Positions 24,701 through 37,699 of a stretch of 64,000 nucleotides of DNA are shown here, in pieces. Position numbers and translations under genes: made by a program. Below the pieces are notes generated by a model, which saw only the letters and a program-made list of their open reading frames with translations, searched no databases and was not told the origin of the DNA. The first letter of the stretch is position 1, and each line of letters begins with the position of its first letter. Source of the DNA: Octopus bimaculoides (taxonomy: Eukaryota); contig NC_068984.1 in the NCBI RefSeq assembly GCF_001194135.2, positions 73,070,915 through 73,134,914 of the forward strand, written 5' to 3'.

Positions 24701-26334
24701 TGACTCTTACTTAAAACTACTACCAGAGGTGTTTGGGCACCAAATATTTGAGTTGCTCGATGGCCCTCATCGACTCATTACAGATTGATGTGGATGTTCC
24801 TCTCGATTGTGGGGCAAATTCAACCGATATGAGGATATCCTACCGTAACGAATGTTTCATTCTCTTCTCTTCCCATGAATGACACACAATCGCAAGAATC
24901 CTCCAGATCTTTCCTGAATCTGAAACGAAGAATCAGCCCAGGTTCAAGAATGTGGATGTTCTTCGAGCCGGTAATTTATGCGGTTAGAGCCAACAGCACA
25001 AGTTCCTGTGCCAGATTAGTATAAAATATGAATTTAATTTTAAATTCTGAAGTCATGCGACTCTACATATAACATTTATTTATGATACTTCCTTCTGTAT
25101 GGTTTTTAAATGATCCACTAAATGCTCTAAAATGTTTGCCAATATTACAGTTAGACAGATAATTACCTATATTATAAATGATGCAATTTAGCAAAACGCT
25201 CGAAGGAATATAAAGAAAAGAATTCACTTTTTAAAACTAACGTTGTATCGAAGAGGGTATAGCACTTGGATGAATTACAAGCTTCAGAGAAAATTGAGTA
25301 ATAAGGTTTCAAAAATACTGCAGTAGTCTAAAATTAGAATGCATAGACGTAAAATAAGAGTCAAAAATATTACGTAGTGGAATGTATGTAACGCAGGAAA
25401 AATTAAACGCATAAAAATATATAGGGATATTGCATTTAGATAAACTGTCCAGAGTATTAAATATTAATGTAAGAGAAAAAATACAAAATGATGTACATGA
25501 ATGTTACTCTGTATCATGTATATCATGATATCTGTAATATATACGAAATTTAAACCCTACGATTAGAAGTCGTCTTTGAGATATAAAAATACAATAAGAT
25601 AATATAAATATTGATTTAAGAGAGAAATACGGAGCTAAGCGGTGAAATATGAGAAACCCTATTGAGAATCAAGTAACGCGTGCTCTATTACTAGATATAT
25701 AAAGATCGCTTTATGAAATATAGTAGCGTATAAAAATACTGAGATGGAATAAATCAGTATGACGTAAAATGTTACCCAAACACATACATAAACACATAAA
25801 CATACATACATACATAAGCAGATAAATAAACACAAATACGCAAGAACATATGCATAGATACTCGTTTATATAATGCAAACATATAAGGTAGCAGGTACAT
25901 ACGTACTTATATATACGTACACATAAGTAAGGATAATAATAATTTGCATTATAATAGAGGCTACTGTAACCAATAGGGTAGAAAGCTTCCTCTATTTATA
26001 CTTGAACGAGTATATAATACTATAAAATATTTTTTACAAGTTGGAAGAGTTGTACATTCTGAATTGTAGTATTAAGAGTTTATTCAAAAAAGGGTACTGA
26101 TAATTAGAACCACAAAGAATATACTTTGTAAAGATTAATAAACAGGACAAAGACAGGTCAACAATGTAGACTACAAATAAAAAAAACAATAATAATAAAC
26201 CTTCAATGAAACTAAGAATTGTATGATATGAAATAAACTCTTTTATTACTAAATTTCTATTGACTTTGTTTCTATTAATTTTGAAAATAATGAGCAATTA
26301 AGTAAAATAGCGTTGTCATAATTCTACTAGTGTA

Positions 26335-26500
26335 AGGTGATAAGCTAAAGAAGCGTTACACCGTCGGACAAAATACTTAATGGCACTTTTTCCGGTTTTA
26401 CATTCTGAGTTCAATCGTCTGCGATTTCAGCTTCGCCTTTCGTCGAAGTCGATAAAAGAAGTGCCAGGTGAGCACTGAGGCTGGTGCATTCGACTATTCA
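26335..26500 (+). mobile_element. SINE family A, degraded (other weak relics near 20930-21270, 21760-21990, 28060-28290, 50530-50690)
   Basis: GAGTTCAA...CTTCGCCTTTCGTCGAAGTCGATAAAAGAAGTGCCAG matches the family A core. Confidence 0.65.
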
Positions 26501-26598
26501 TCAAACAAATTAGAAATTAAAAAAAAACATATGCTAGAGAATAAAATATAGAATGCACATACAAATACACGCAAACATACACATCATACACACAAACA

Positions 26599-26632
<34 letters not shown>

Positions 26633-26644
26633 TGCACACGCACA

Positions 26645-26694
<50 letters not shown>

Positions 26695-26705
26695 CATACA
26701 TGCAC

Positions 26706-26762
<57 letters not shown>

Positions 26763-27149
26763 CAGATAGATATATAGATAGAGAGTGGAGAAAGAGCATG
26801 ACAAACACACAGTCACATACATACATGCACAATCACATACATATATACATACATATACAAAGATGTATCACCGATATCAATGGATAATTCATTATAAAGC
26901 AGGAAACTGATTTAAGTCGAAATAACAAGGTGTTCATGTGTCGTTAGGCAGAAATTTGTTTATTCATTTTAAATATACGAGTTGGGTTTTGAATGATATG
27001 AAATTGTTCACTCTACTTAGCATCCATTGTTGAATGTTGGGGATGGAGTTTTATTCATATTGACACACATTCTGAGAGAATAGTAAAAATCTCTGACAAA
27101 TGAAGAGAGTAATCATGTCTTAAAGCAATTTATCTGGCAATTGTGAATG

Positions 27150-27760
27150 ACTGAGCAATGCTCCTAGAATTGTATTTGCGCTATACACTGTATAAAAGTC
27201 TATATGCAATTTGCTCTGTACGCATTACTTTCATCGGCTGTCAACTGGATATCATACTCAAAATATTACTTAATCTAGCGGTACTTCTCAGCATTTTTCA
27301 TATCATAGATTATTCAGTGTATTTAGCCCATATCTGTTCCTCGTGTTATCTTTGCATTCAACACACTGCATAGGATGCAGCCAAAACTATCCTAGTCCTA
27401 TGAATATTTTATTTTTACTTATTGGTTGGGATTTTGACATTTTCTCAACGCCTCGGTTTTCCTACTTCTGACCTAAATATATAACGTGTTCAGTCGGTGT
27501 CTCTGTAGCTCGTATATCACTGTCTTTAGGTCCAATGCTAGCCAGCTAAGATATTTTGAAGTTAAGTACAAATGCAGCGCATCTCATGTCAACTGAAAAT
27601 TGCTTGCACTGCAATACGTATCTGTCCTTCAACTCTCTAAGTTTCTTCATATGTTAAACAGTTCATTTTTGTATCTCCACTCTATATTTCCTTCTCCTAA
27701 GAAGTCACCATATTCATCCCGTTGAACCATACCACAAATCAGTGCACCTTAGGTATTGCA
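27150..27760 (-). mobile_element. Possible CR1/L2-type LINE 3' relic
   Basis: With one frameshift near 27630-27660 the minus strand gives TYEE-LRELK, like the CR1 motif LSYEERLRELxL. Otherwise heavily decayed. Confidence 0.3.
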
Positions 27761-30156
27761 ATATGATCTGTAAAAACAGGTACTCTTTTAAATTCACATG
27801 TATCTTCTCGTTGTTAAATCATTAAAATGATCTGATCTTGGCTTATACATATATAAGAGAGAGACATATATATGTATCGATTATTGATCGATACCATTTA
27901 ACTTCTTTATGGCAATTAACTTTCTTAGGTATTGAAATTATTTCTGACCATTACGATTATCAGATATATATTTTTGCTGAAGAATCTCTGTACTCGCTTA
28001 CTTTTGCATTCGTTATGAAGCTCATTATGTATGTATTAGTATCACTTTTCGTTTACCTATATTCTGGCAAACATGGAAAGTTGACTGGCTGACTTTTCGG
28101 CGAACTCAGGTAGTCTTAGTGATAGGAAACAGTCGATCATAACCAGTACTTGACTAATACGTCCCCTTTTTTTATATCAAAGCCCGGAGCAATTGCAAAG
28201 ACAATTTCAATTTTGACTGATATTGAACTTGTAAAATAAAGGGCTGCTAGAAAACCTTGGGACGCAAGTTAACCGGCTATATAACTAATCTGCCAATACA
28301 TAACTCACTCCTGTCTGATCGACAATATACATTTGTACGTTGACAATAATAAATATCGAGCATTATGGATATCGTACACGCAAACAAAATTAAAGGCTTA
28401 GTATTATATTTCTCCAAGAAATCTTATGGTCCATCTCTTTGCAAAGTTACTTCTCCCTGACAGGTTTCTATTCTAATATGCTTTCATAACACAATTACAA
28501 AAGGTTTACATTTCCAAGAAGGTCGTTACATATCAGAATGTTTGCATTTGTTCTATTTGTGTTGAGTGTTCTCTTGGAAAGCTAATTATTTTTCAGCCAT
28601 AAATGCACATTTTTATTATCCTTCACACATTAGCGTGAAAAAAGTGCACTCCTGTCTCTGATATTATCGATAAAAGAGAACAAGAGGGATTAAAAGAGGA
28701 CAGTATTGCCAATTAGCAAAACATAGGTGATAAAATATGCTTACAAATAGTCAAATACCTGATCTGGCATTTATTCATGTAGTCTTTGTGGATTAATTCA
28801 CGTAACAGAATTGTAATATTTCTGTAAACAGAATATACATATCTATATCATGTAAGATGCTAGTTTAGATTTCTGCGTTTGAATAAAATACTTCTATTCG
28901 CTCGTTATTGCAGTCCAAAAAACTTGTAATCTTGGGAGAATATTCACACTACAGAGTCCGGGAGACCGGCCCTACGAGCATATGACTCGGAAAGGACCTT
29001 TGATTTTTTTGATTTTTTTTTTTTTTGTGGTAGGTATATCACAAACTAAGAAGGCAAATTCTATGCAGTCAGTTGAGTATTGTTTGAGCAGTTAGAAACA
29101 GCAACTATATAACTTTCACAGCACATCCTAATTCTTTAAAAATCTAGGCTATATAATATAATAAGACTTAGGATTCACTATGCTTCGTGAATACGAGAGA
29201 TAGTGATACTTGTGTTGCCCGCCATTATAGGCTTGTCTGATCAAGGCTAAAGGGTAAAGATTAAACCTCTACTTCTTGAAACATACTTATTGAACATGAG
29301 ACTGTTTAAATTTATTGATTGTTATAGTTTAGTTAGGTATTATAGATACTATAATTCAAATTCTTTCATAGCCAAATTTTAACACCAACAGATTCACTCA
29401 GAGACACACTCACAGACTCACTCACACACATAGAAACACTCACAGTTTCAAGCTGGTTGAGTCATCCTCAGTCGCGAGTACTTGGTCACAAAGTTATTAT
29501 CGATCGCTAATTTGCAACAAGCAAAATAAATACTTATGAAATCTCAAGAAGTGATTAGAGTAGTAGCTATGCTAACAAGTAAGGTCAACGCCACATCAAA
29601 GTGGCGGTTCCATGTTACTACTAGTTTAACCCCAGGCATATCTTCCGCTAGCTGATTATCGGTGCGACGCTGCACGCTTTATGTACAATATTACCAGCAG
29701 GATCAGCCACTTTGATGTGGCGGTTGATTTTTACTCGTTAGTATTTAGCTCTTATTTCTAGCAATGTAGGTGTTGTCTAACACCTTAGTCGCATTTAGTG
29801 ACTTTTGTAATTCTCCTTTTTTGGTGAAACATTGCAAACTGCTGTTCATATTAATTTTATATATACACATTAGCCAATCGCTAAATCCTCCAATTATTTG
29901 GATGAAGAAAACATAAATACTAACGGCGACACGAGTCCGGAAAGGGCCGAAGATGAGCGTGCTTAACTGATGAGGCGATGGAAATTTCAGAAACGGACGA
30001 TAATGGTCCCTGTTAGTGTATATGTTTTCATTCATGTTCTTTAACTACTGCATTAGAGCGCTTTAGCTCTTATTTCTAGCAATGTAAATGTTGTCTAACA
30101 CCCTAATCGCATTTAGTGACATTTATGTGTGTATGTCTGTGTGCGCGTGCGGATGT

Positions 30157-30220
<64 letters not shown>

Positions 30221-31061
30221 GAATTTAATGATAACATGAATCTATACGATGGAGAACAATGACCCAGGATATATAGTGCATAGACTTCCTGCCACTTGTA
30301 TGGTAATGATTAGACCACGATATTGATGGGATTATATTTCAACTAGTGAATTTTCGCCCAGTTTCATTTCACGCTCGTTTATTTCTTTGTGCTTTACAAA
30401 ATCAGTTGTATTTGCATCCCATTGTATATTATACTGAATAATCATTGATTAAACAAACATGTGGACGTTGTTATAAACATTGCGAATGAAATAAATATAG
30501 TTTTAAATTGTACAGAAAACCGCAAGATTAATTGTACAAGTAATTCGAATGGTCATGCATGACTCTTAAACTATCACACCGATTCTGTATTGGAATCAAT
30601 TTAAGGATACAATTGTCTGCGGAATATTCACCCATTGGCACTCTAAATTATTGATTCAATAGTTTTGTTTGGTGAAAAACTTGAACATTTGTTCTTTGAA
30701 GTCGACGGAAAAGTTTATATTCATACTGCGATGAAAGAATAAAAAACTTAAATTTCTTAATGCATTTTGAGTCGTGCAAAATATGATAGAATACAAACAC
30801 TAAGAAGAGACTTTCTAAAAAAATTTAATCATACACAGGTTATTTGAAACGAATTTTGATTATTTCAATTTGATTTTTGAAAATCTCAAAAGCAAAGCAG
30901 TGTTTCATTAATTTGACTTTAAATGCTGTTGATAGGAAACAGAAAAATTGTTTTAAATTATTACTGCAACGAAATAAATCTAAGGAAAAATGAAAGACAA
31001 ATACTTGAAAATAATCAAGTACGAAATGCATACAAAATATTAACAGGAAAATACAAAACTA

Positions 31062-31108
<47 letters not shown>

Positions 31109-31614
31109 TAAAGATCATGGAATTGAAAATCAACAACATTCTTGAAAGTTTAAAATATTTTATCTTACAACAGCAGATTTAAAACAAAAATTTCTTATAA
31201 CAAATCAGCATATAATTCTTTGCTTGAAGACATCGCAACATCTGTTTAATATTATGTCATGCAAAACGTGATTACTTTTTTAGTTATTCAACTTTACACG
31301 AATAAAGAAAATTCATAGAAATACATTTAAGTAGTTATGATAACATATTAATATCTTGACTGTACTCTCATTTTATTTAAAAGCATATAATTGAATTTTC
31401 AGAATGTCTTCAGACATTTTCCAGAATTTTTTCGTGAGGATTTACATTTTCGAATCGTTAATGATTTTGAAGCAGTTAATTATCAGCTAATTAGTAGCAC
31501 GTATTCATATATAGATATATGTAGAGAGAGAGGGAGGGATGAGGGAGGGAGGAGGAGAGAGACAACAACGAGAGGGAGAAAAGATTGATAGATAGATAGA
31601 TAGATAGATAGATT

Positions 31615-31678
<64 letters not shown>

Positions 31679-31927
31679 TGCATGCTTATGTATATATGCA
31701 TTATTATTTAGTTTGATACTTTATTGTTCCAATTAAAGTCCAAAGTGTTTTTGTTGTTAAGCACGCATTTTTTAAGCTATCATGAATTTAACACCGATGA
31801 AATAGAGAAACGTCTATTTCTCATATCACTTAAACAAGCACTCAGTATATTTCTTTTTATAAATATCATTTATTAATTTTAATTTCCTTTAATTCGTTGT
31901 GGGAAAACTGCTTTAATGAAAAAATAT

Positions 31928-32980
31928 ATCGGTTTCAAATTTTGGCACAAAGCCAGCAGTGTCTCTTGAGCGGGTGAGTCGTTTCTATATATTTCTATAT
32001 ATTTTTGTTTTTAATCTATATATCTATTTTTCTTTTTTTATTGTTTGTCCACAACAACGGAAATGGCAACGACACTAAAATAATTGAAATAATAATTGTT
32101 TCTAATCTAGACACAAGTCAAGTGATTCTGAGAGGTGGGTGTAGTCGAGAAGATCGATTTCCAACTTTGACATGTTCTTATTTATCGACCTTGAATGGAT
32201 GGAAGATAAACATGATATCGGCAATGTTTGATCTCAGAACGGTATGAACAACGATAACTGTTCGATACATTAACTATTCTGCCAAATCATTACCCTTATA
32301 ATCCTCTCTACTATAGACACAAGGCCTGAAAATATTTGGGAAAGGGGATAGTCGATTACACCGACGCTAGTAGTTGACTGGTACTCATTTTATCGACTCT
32401 GAAATGATGAAGGGCAAGGTCGATCTCAGTGGAATTTGAAATCAGAACGTAAAGACTGACGAAATGCCGCTAAGCATTCTGCTCGGCGTGCTAATGATTT
32501 TGCCCATTCGCCCCCTTCCATTAGTCTTATAATCGTTTCTGATTTAAGCACAAGGGGAGCAATTTTCAGAGAAGAGGGCCAAGACGATACTGTTGACTTG
32601 GCTCTGTCCCCTTGTTTGACTGGTAGATTATTTGATCGACCTTAAAAGGATGAAAGGCAATGTTGTCCCCGGCAGGTATTTTATTATGAACCTGATGAGC
32701 CGGAGCAAACACTGCACAGAATATTTTCCGATATTCTTAAGATTCTGCAACTTCACCGCATTTTTAAATTTCAGATTTTGGCACAAGGGCATCAGTTTTG
32801 AGTGTTGGGGGTTATTCTATATCATTGACATCACCACTTTGCTGCTACTTTATTTTACCGATTCCATAAATTTGAATGGTAAAGTTGACCTTAGTAGGGT
32901 TTCAACCTAGAATGCAAAGAGACAGAAGAATAATAGCAAAACAGATTTTCCGATGTTCTATCGATTCTACCAATCCACAC
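31928..32980 (-). mobile_element. Head-to-tail array of four SINE family A copies plus one tail fragment
   Basis: Copies at ~32095-32290, 32300-32515, 32530-32760, 32766-32978 and a tail at 31928-31982. Each has a variant of the ATCGACC...GGATGAAAGGCAAAGT core. Confidence 0.8.
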
Positions 32981-33550
32981 ACGTCAGTCACACAATTTTC
33001 TTCTAATTCACCAGTTTTTCACTCCAGTGGAAATGGCATGTTGATTGTCGTGATAGACATAGCTGTTAGTTGGATTTACGAGTGATGGCATTTGCTTGAC
33101 AGAATTTCATAGAGCTGCAGTGATCGGACACCGATCGTGTGGGGTTTCCGATTTCATAGTCCCGTGCACACCTTTCATGCATCACCATCACCAATAAAAA
33201 CAATAAATATCCAACTCTACTAGTTTTAGCACTGTACACATTGTAGCACTGTGCACCAACATACACTATTATTGTTTCCTCTATTCCTTTCTATTCCCCC
33301 TTTGCCAATATATCTATCACTCTGTTTAGTTATATATGTAACCAACTTCGTCTGACCAGGTTCTTTATTCCTTCATGAATCTCTCAGGCCCCAAAAAAAT
33401 ATATTTAAAGCTCACGTTTATGGATTACAAGTCTTGACTCTCAGAACACTTGCTTTGGAGTTCTCTACTCCAAGTGGATTGAGAATGTTTCTGTAAACCT
33501 GTCAATTCAGTGAATCTGTGTGTGTGTGTGTGTGTGTGTGTGTTGTTTAG

Positions 33551-34025
33551 TAAAATAAGATAACATGGCCAAAGCAATGTGAGATTTCTAGAACATTTAT
33601 TAAGAGAAAGGTAGTCTTACAGCTGTTTCAGAGAAATAAATGATATCCAATCATCAGAGACGAGTTAAGAGAGTTTCAATAGAAGCAATTAGTAGGGTTC
33701 ATTACATAAGAAGTTATTTTGGAAACAGGGTGATACAGAAAGTAAAAAGAGAAATATGAAAATAAATATACATGCTGGATGTTAAAGTTACTGTTCCATT
33801 ATCCAAGGAATGTGCTCTGTAGAATGGGTAATGAGGCTTCCTGTCCATGGTATGTAAATTCCGATAGGCGTTTATTTCAAATGGATAGTATGCAGATATT
33901 AATTCCATTTCCTGTTCATTTGAATGGTTTTATCATTTATTTCTCTGAAACAGCTGTAAGACTACCTTTCTCGTAATAAATATCCTAGAAATATCACATT
34001 GCCTTGGCCTTGTTATCTTATTTTA
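33551..34025. mobile_element. PLE-type 3' terminus (minus, 33551-33915) with an inverted 5'-truncated second terminus (33931-34025)
   Basis: 95-bp arms with 6 differences by my count. The internal minus frame NAYRNLHTMDRKPHYPFY is homologous to ...GLNM...[13 protein letters not shown] at 59650-59830 and 60600-60790. Confidence 0.85.
33613..33662 (-). ncRNA. Minimal type I hammerhead ribozyme motif, core and stem I intact
   Basis: Minus strand: C GTCT CTGATGA [TTGGATATCATTTATTTCTCT] GAAAC AGCT GTA AGAC T. Stem I is GTCT/AGAC with a GUA triplet; stem II is weak. Confidence 0.7.
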
Positions 34026-34997
34026 TTGAAAATATATACACGATCACACACTACCTGCCTTAGACTCCTCACTCATACTATTATTGAGCCGGGAGTTTAA
34101 CAGCGGTCCTTCTGTAGGACTGTTAAATTGTTCAAAGAAATTTTAATGAGTTTCACAGTGGTAGATAGTAAAATCAATGTAAATGTCCAGTGAAGATCAC
34201 GACAAACGTACATTATTGAAAGTTGTCATATTGAGTTTTTATAAAATAAATGGAGAAGAAAGTGAAAAAGGTGGCGAGAAAGAAAAAAACAAGAGCATTT
34301 TTACAATTTCTGTTGCAGTGCGTGTAGTTCCCTTTTCAACTTCAGTCTCAGTGCACCGGTCTCTTCACGGCCCATTGGAGTTGGAAATGTTTTAGGTTCA
34401 AACCTCTTAGTAAATATAGTTTTTTTTCGGAAACAGATCTAATTTTTGATTGTTTATTATCATGATGACATCTTGTGCTTTTTCTCGTGGATGTTTTGGC
34501 GAAAATATTTTTGTTTTAGCAAAGTTTAGTGTTTTAGTTGGGTGGCTTCCTGGTGACGGCCACACGGTCAAGGAACAAGTTCTGAGTGCTTTTTGGGTTT
34601 CGGGGCGCCTCGTTATTTTGACGAAAGATATTTTCCGTTTTGGGCAAAACATTTTGGTTTTGGTAAAGTTCAGCGTTTTGCTTGGTTGACTTCCAGGTAG
34701 GGACTCGGTAAATTGTGTTGTCTGATGGTCATCTAGCATCCTGGTGGGTTAGTTCCATTAAGAAGTCAATATTTGTGGGGGGTTTTCTTAGAATCCGGTT
34801 CCGACCAGAGAAAAAATATCATTGGTTTTGTTTACGTCAGCAACTGGAGTTTGAGAAAGTGTATGGTGTTATTGTGTAGTAATTTGGAGTTGGGGTTTTG
34901 AATCCCTAGGCTCTCCTCTCCCATGCACATACATACACGCATCCATATATATATATGTGTGTGTATGTGTGTGTGTGTGTGTGTGTGTATACATCCT

Positions 34998-35044
34998 TTT
35001 GCTTGCTTTAGTCATGTGACTGAGGTCAAGCTGGAGCACCGCCT

Positions 35045-35045
<1 letters not shown>
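34998..35045 (-). mobile_element. SINE family B tail fragment
   Basis: CTTTAGTCATGTGACTGAGGTCAAGCTGGAGCACCGCCTT matches the family B tail. Confidence 0.6.
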
Positions 35046-35103
<58 letters not shown>

Positions 35104-36946
35104 ACATGCATATATGCATGTATATATACACACACGTAGCTGCTTGTGGAGTAAGACAGAGAATGATTACTTTCTTTGAGAGTGGATGGTACCATTTCTC
35201 CCTTGTTTTGGACTCTTCAGTGCAACGTTGCAAAAGTTTAGAAAATCATAATTTATGGGTTTATATACGTAAGTATATGCGTACGCGCGTGTGCGCGCAT
35301 ATGTGTGCCAGAGGAATTTCTTTGAAACAGTATGAAACGAACCGTCATCGATTATATCGTCTTTCTCTATATCTGACTCTGTGTCTTTGTTTCACATTCT
35401 GAGCTCTTGTTGCAGATTGCATTTGAACGTATCTCGCTCTTGTTCTCATTTATGAAATCTCTGTGCCTGTCAGCTTAAAGCAAATTCAATTACACGTTTA
35501 TTTTACCTCTCTTTTTAATTTGCTTCTTATAAATATTTTAGCATAATTTCGAGTATATTTGCTCACACATACACATGAGTGTGCATTTGTGTGTTAGTGT
35601 GTGTCCCTATACAAATAAATATATGTGCATACATCCACCCATCCATACACACACACATATGCATAAATATCTATATGCGTGTATGCATATACATATATGC
35701 ATATGTATGTATATATGTATTATAATTACACACGCATAAATACATACATACATAAATACTTCATGTCCTGTCCCGTCACTCAAGGTTTGGCCTTGCTTCT
35801 TTTCTTTCCATATTTTTCACCTTACCTTCTTTTGTACTTAATTATTCTCATGTCATGCATTATTTTCATTGCTGCTAACTAGTACGTGTTCTTTAAGAAA
35901 TATAATTCGTCCAAATGTTTTATCTGGGCATCGTTCGTCCTACTGCATGAAATTTCTTTTATGAAGGAAACATAAACGTTTGGTGTTTAGGAATAAAAGA
36001 AAACTTAAAGCGAACAAAAAAAAAAAGAAAAAACCCAGTTAAGCCTTAGTATCAATGTTACATTCAAGAGCTCATTTCTTTCTTATGCTAAAAGAGAATA
36101 GCTAAATATAAAATGTATTGTAACTTTAGTGAAGCAATCGCCTAATAATTTCGGCCGAGATTATAAATATTTTAGATTAGGATGCCCGCCGACTTCTTCG
36201 AAAATCGCATGACCTGAGTTTGTCATTCAGGTAAATAAAATTTATGATGGTTTTTATTTCAGAATTTGTTTTCTACTGCGATCTCCTCTTTGAACTTTGG
36301 AAAAATTGCAGATTCTTGTAACGTTTCATCGAAATTAACGATGCAAACACGATATGTAGAAATCGAAACAAAACTGAAAGTAGATTTAGCCATGACGAAC
36401 TTACTGTATTTAGTAAATGTTCATGGAGAATAATGCTGTGATACAAGTGAACTTGGAAAGACCGTCGCCAGAAAAGAGTGCGGGTGAATGTAATATGAAA
36501 CATATGATACGATTAGCAATTAAAAACAAGGACAAATCGGTCATACTCTAATTGATAAATCATAATTCTTGAATCATTCCGTAATATCACACTATCTATG
36601 CATAAATGCGAACATACAGAGAGACATGCATGCATATATACATACAGATCATAAGAGTTATCTCGGGTTTCTTAAGTGCTTTTCTGAAGGATAAACCACA
36701 AATCAATAAATTTTGGTATTAACCATACTAATGAAATTGCTCGTGATCATGAATAAGTTTGTATGATGTTTGAAGAATAGACATTCTGAAATGACCTACC
36801 GTCTTTGAGGAAAGAAATATTTCGACTAATGTCTTCAGGTAGCATAGGGAGCATAAGTTAACAAAGAAGTTGTTGAAAAAGTGGTCGAACATAAAAAATT
36901 ATTCTAGGTAACATAGTAAAACAAAATACCAACAACAATGAGGATG

Positions 36947-37019
<73 letters not shown>

Positions 37020-37029
37020 TAACAATAAC

Positions 37030-37082
<53 letters not shown>

Positions 37083-37120
37083 TAACAATAACAATAACGA
37101 TAATAGTAATGATAATAATA

Positions 37121-37181
37121 AAAGCCTGGATGCAGTACCAGGCAGTGGCTCTCATGGCTTGTGATCTTAATTGATTGGAAG
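37121..37181 (+). mobile_element. 5' end of the unclassified ~540-bp repeat, running into a gap
   Basis: AAAGCCTGGATGCAGTACCAGGCAGTGGCTCTCATGGCTTGTGATCTTAATTGATTGGAAG is the reverse complement of 1231-1292. Preceded by (AAT)n. Confidence 0.85.
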
Positions 37182-37327
37182 NNNNNNNNNNNNNNNNNNN
37201 NNNNNNNNNNNNNNNNNNNNNNNNNNNNNNNNNNNNNNNNNNNNNNNNNNNNNNNNNNNNNNNNNNNNNNNNNNNNNNNNNGTACAAATGCAAAACAAAA
37301 GTCAAACATAAAATAATAATAATAATA

Positions 37328-37615
37328 AAGGGAAAGACATTGCTAAGTGCAAAGGACCCTGAAAAGGGAACTCTTGCTAATGTGGAAACTAATGTCATGT
37401 GCGTTGGCCGGTGAATTGTACAGATACTTGGAAAAAAGTTGACTGCTATCACTTGAACAGAAAGGGTGCCGAAAAAGAAGCCGGGGAACGAAGGATAAGC
37501 TCTTAATTGATGATCTAATTATCAGGAACTGCAAGAGAGAACATACAAACCTGAGTATGGCATGGTTTGACTATCACAAGGCATACAATATAATACCGCA
37601 CTCCTGGATAATAAG
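37328..37615 (+). mobile_element. R4/Dong reverse transcriptase fragment (early RT motifs)
   Basis: Reads [54 protein letters not shown] (EQKGC and AWxDYxKAYDxxPHSW motifs). Preceded by (AAT)n. Confidence 0.88.
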
Positions 37616-37699
37616 AACAAAAGGAATGTATAGAATATGATAGCCAAAACTAACAGGCTGTCATGTCCGTTGATGATAGCATTGGAGAACTAGTATACC

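Noticed and set aside
24500-25020. Higher-complexity segment possibly from a LINE RT
   Set aside because: No frame gave a convincing RT motif. It is probably an old TE but I cannot assign it.
36160-36450. Exon-like pieces around a 32-nt GT-AG interval (36231-36262)
   Set aside because: The interval is too short for a normal intron and the peptides are unrecognisable.
36805-36850. Minus-strand CTGAAGA...GAAATAT hammerhead-like word
   Set aside because: Stem II overlaps the core and there is no stem I pairing.
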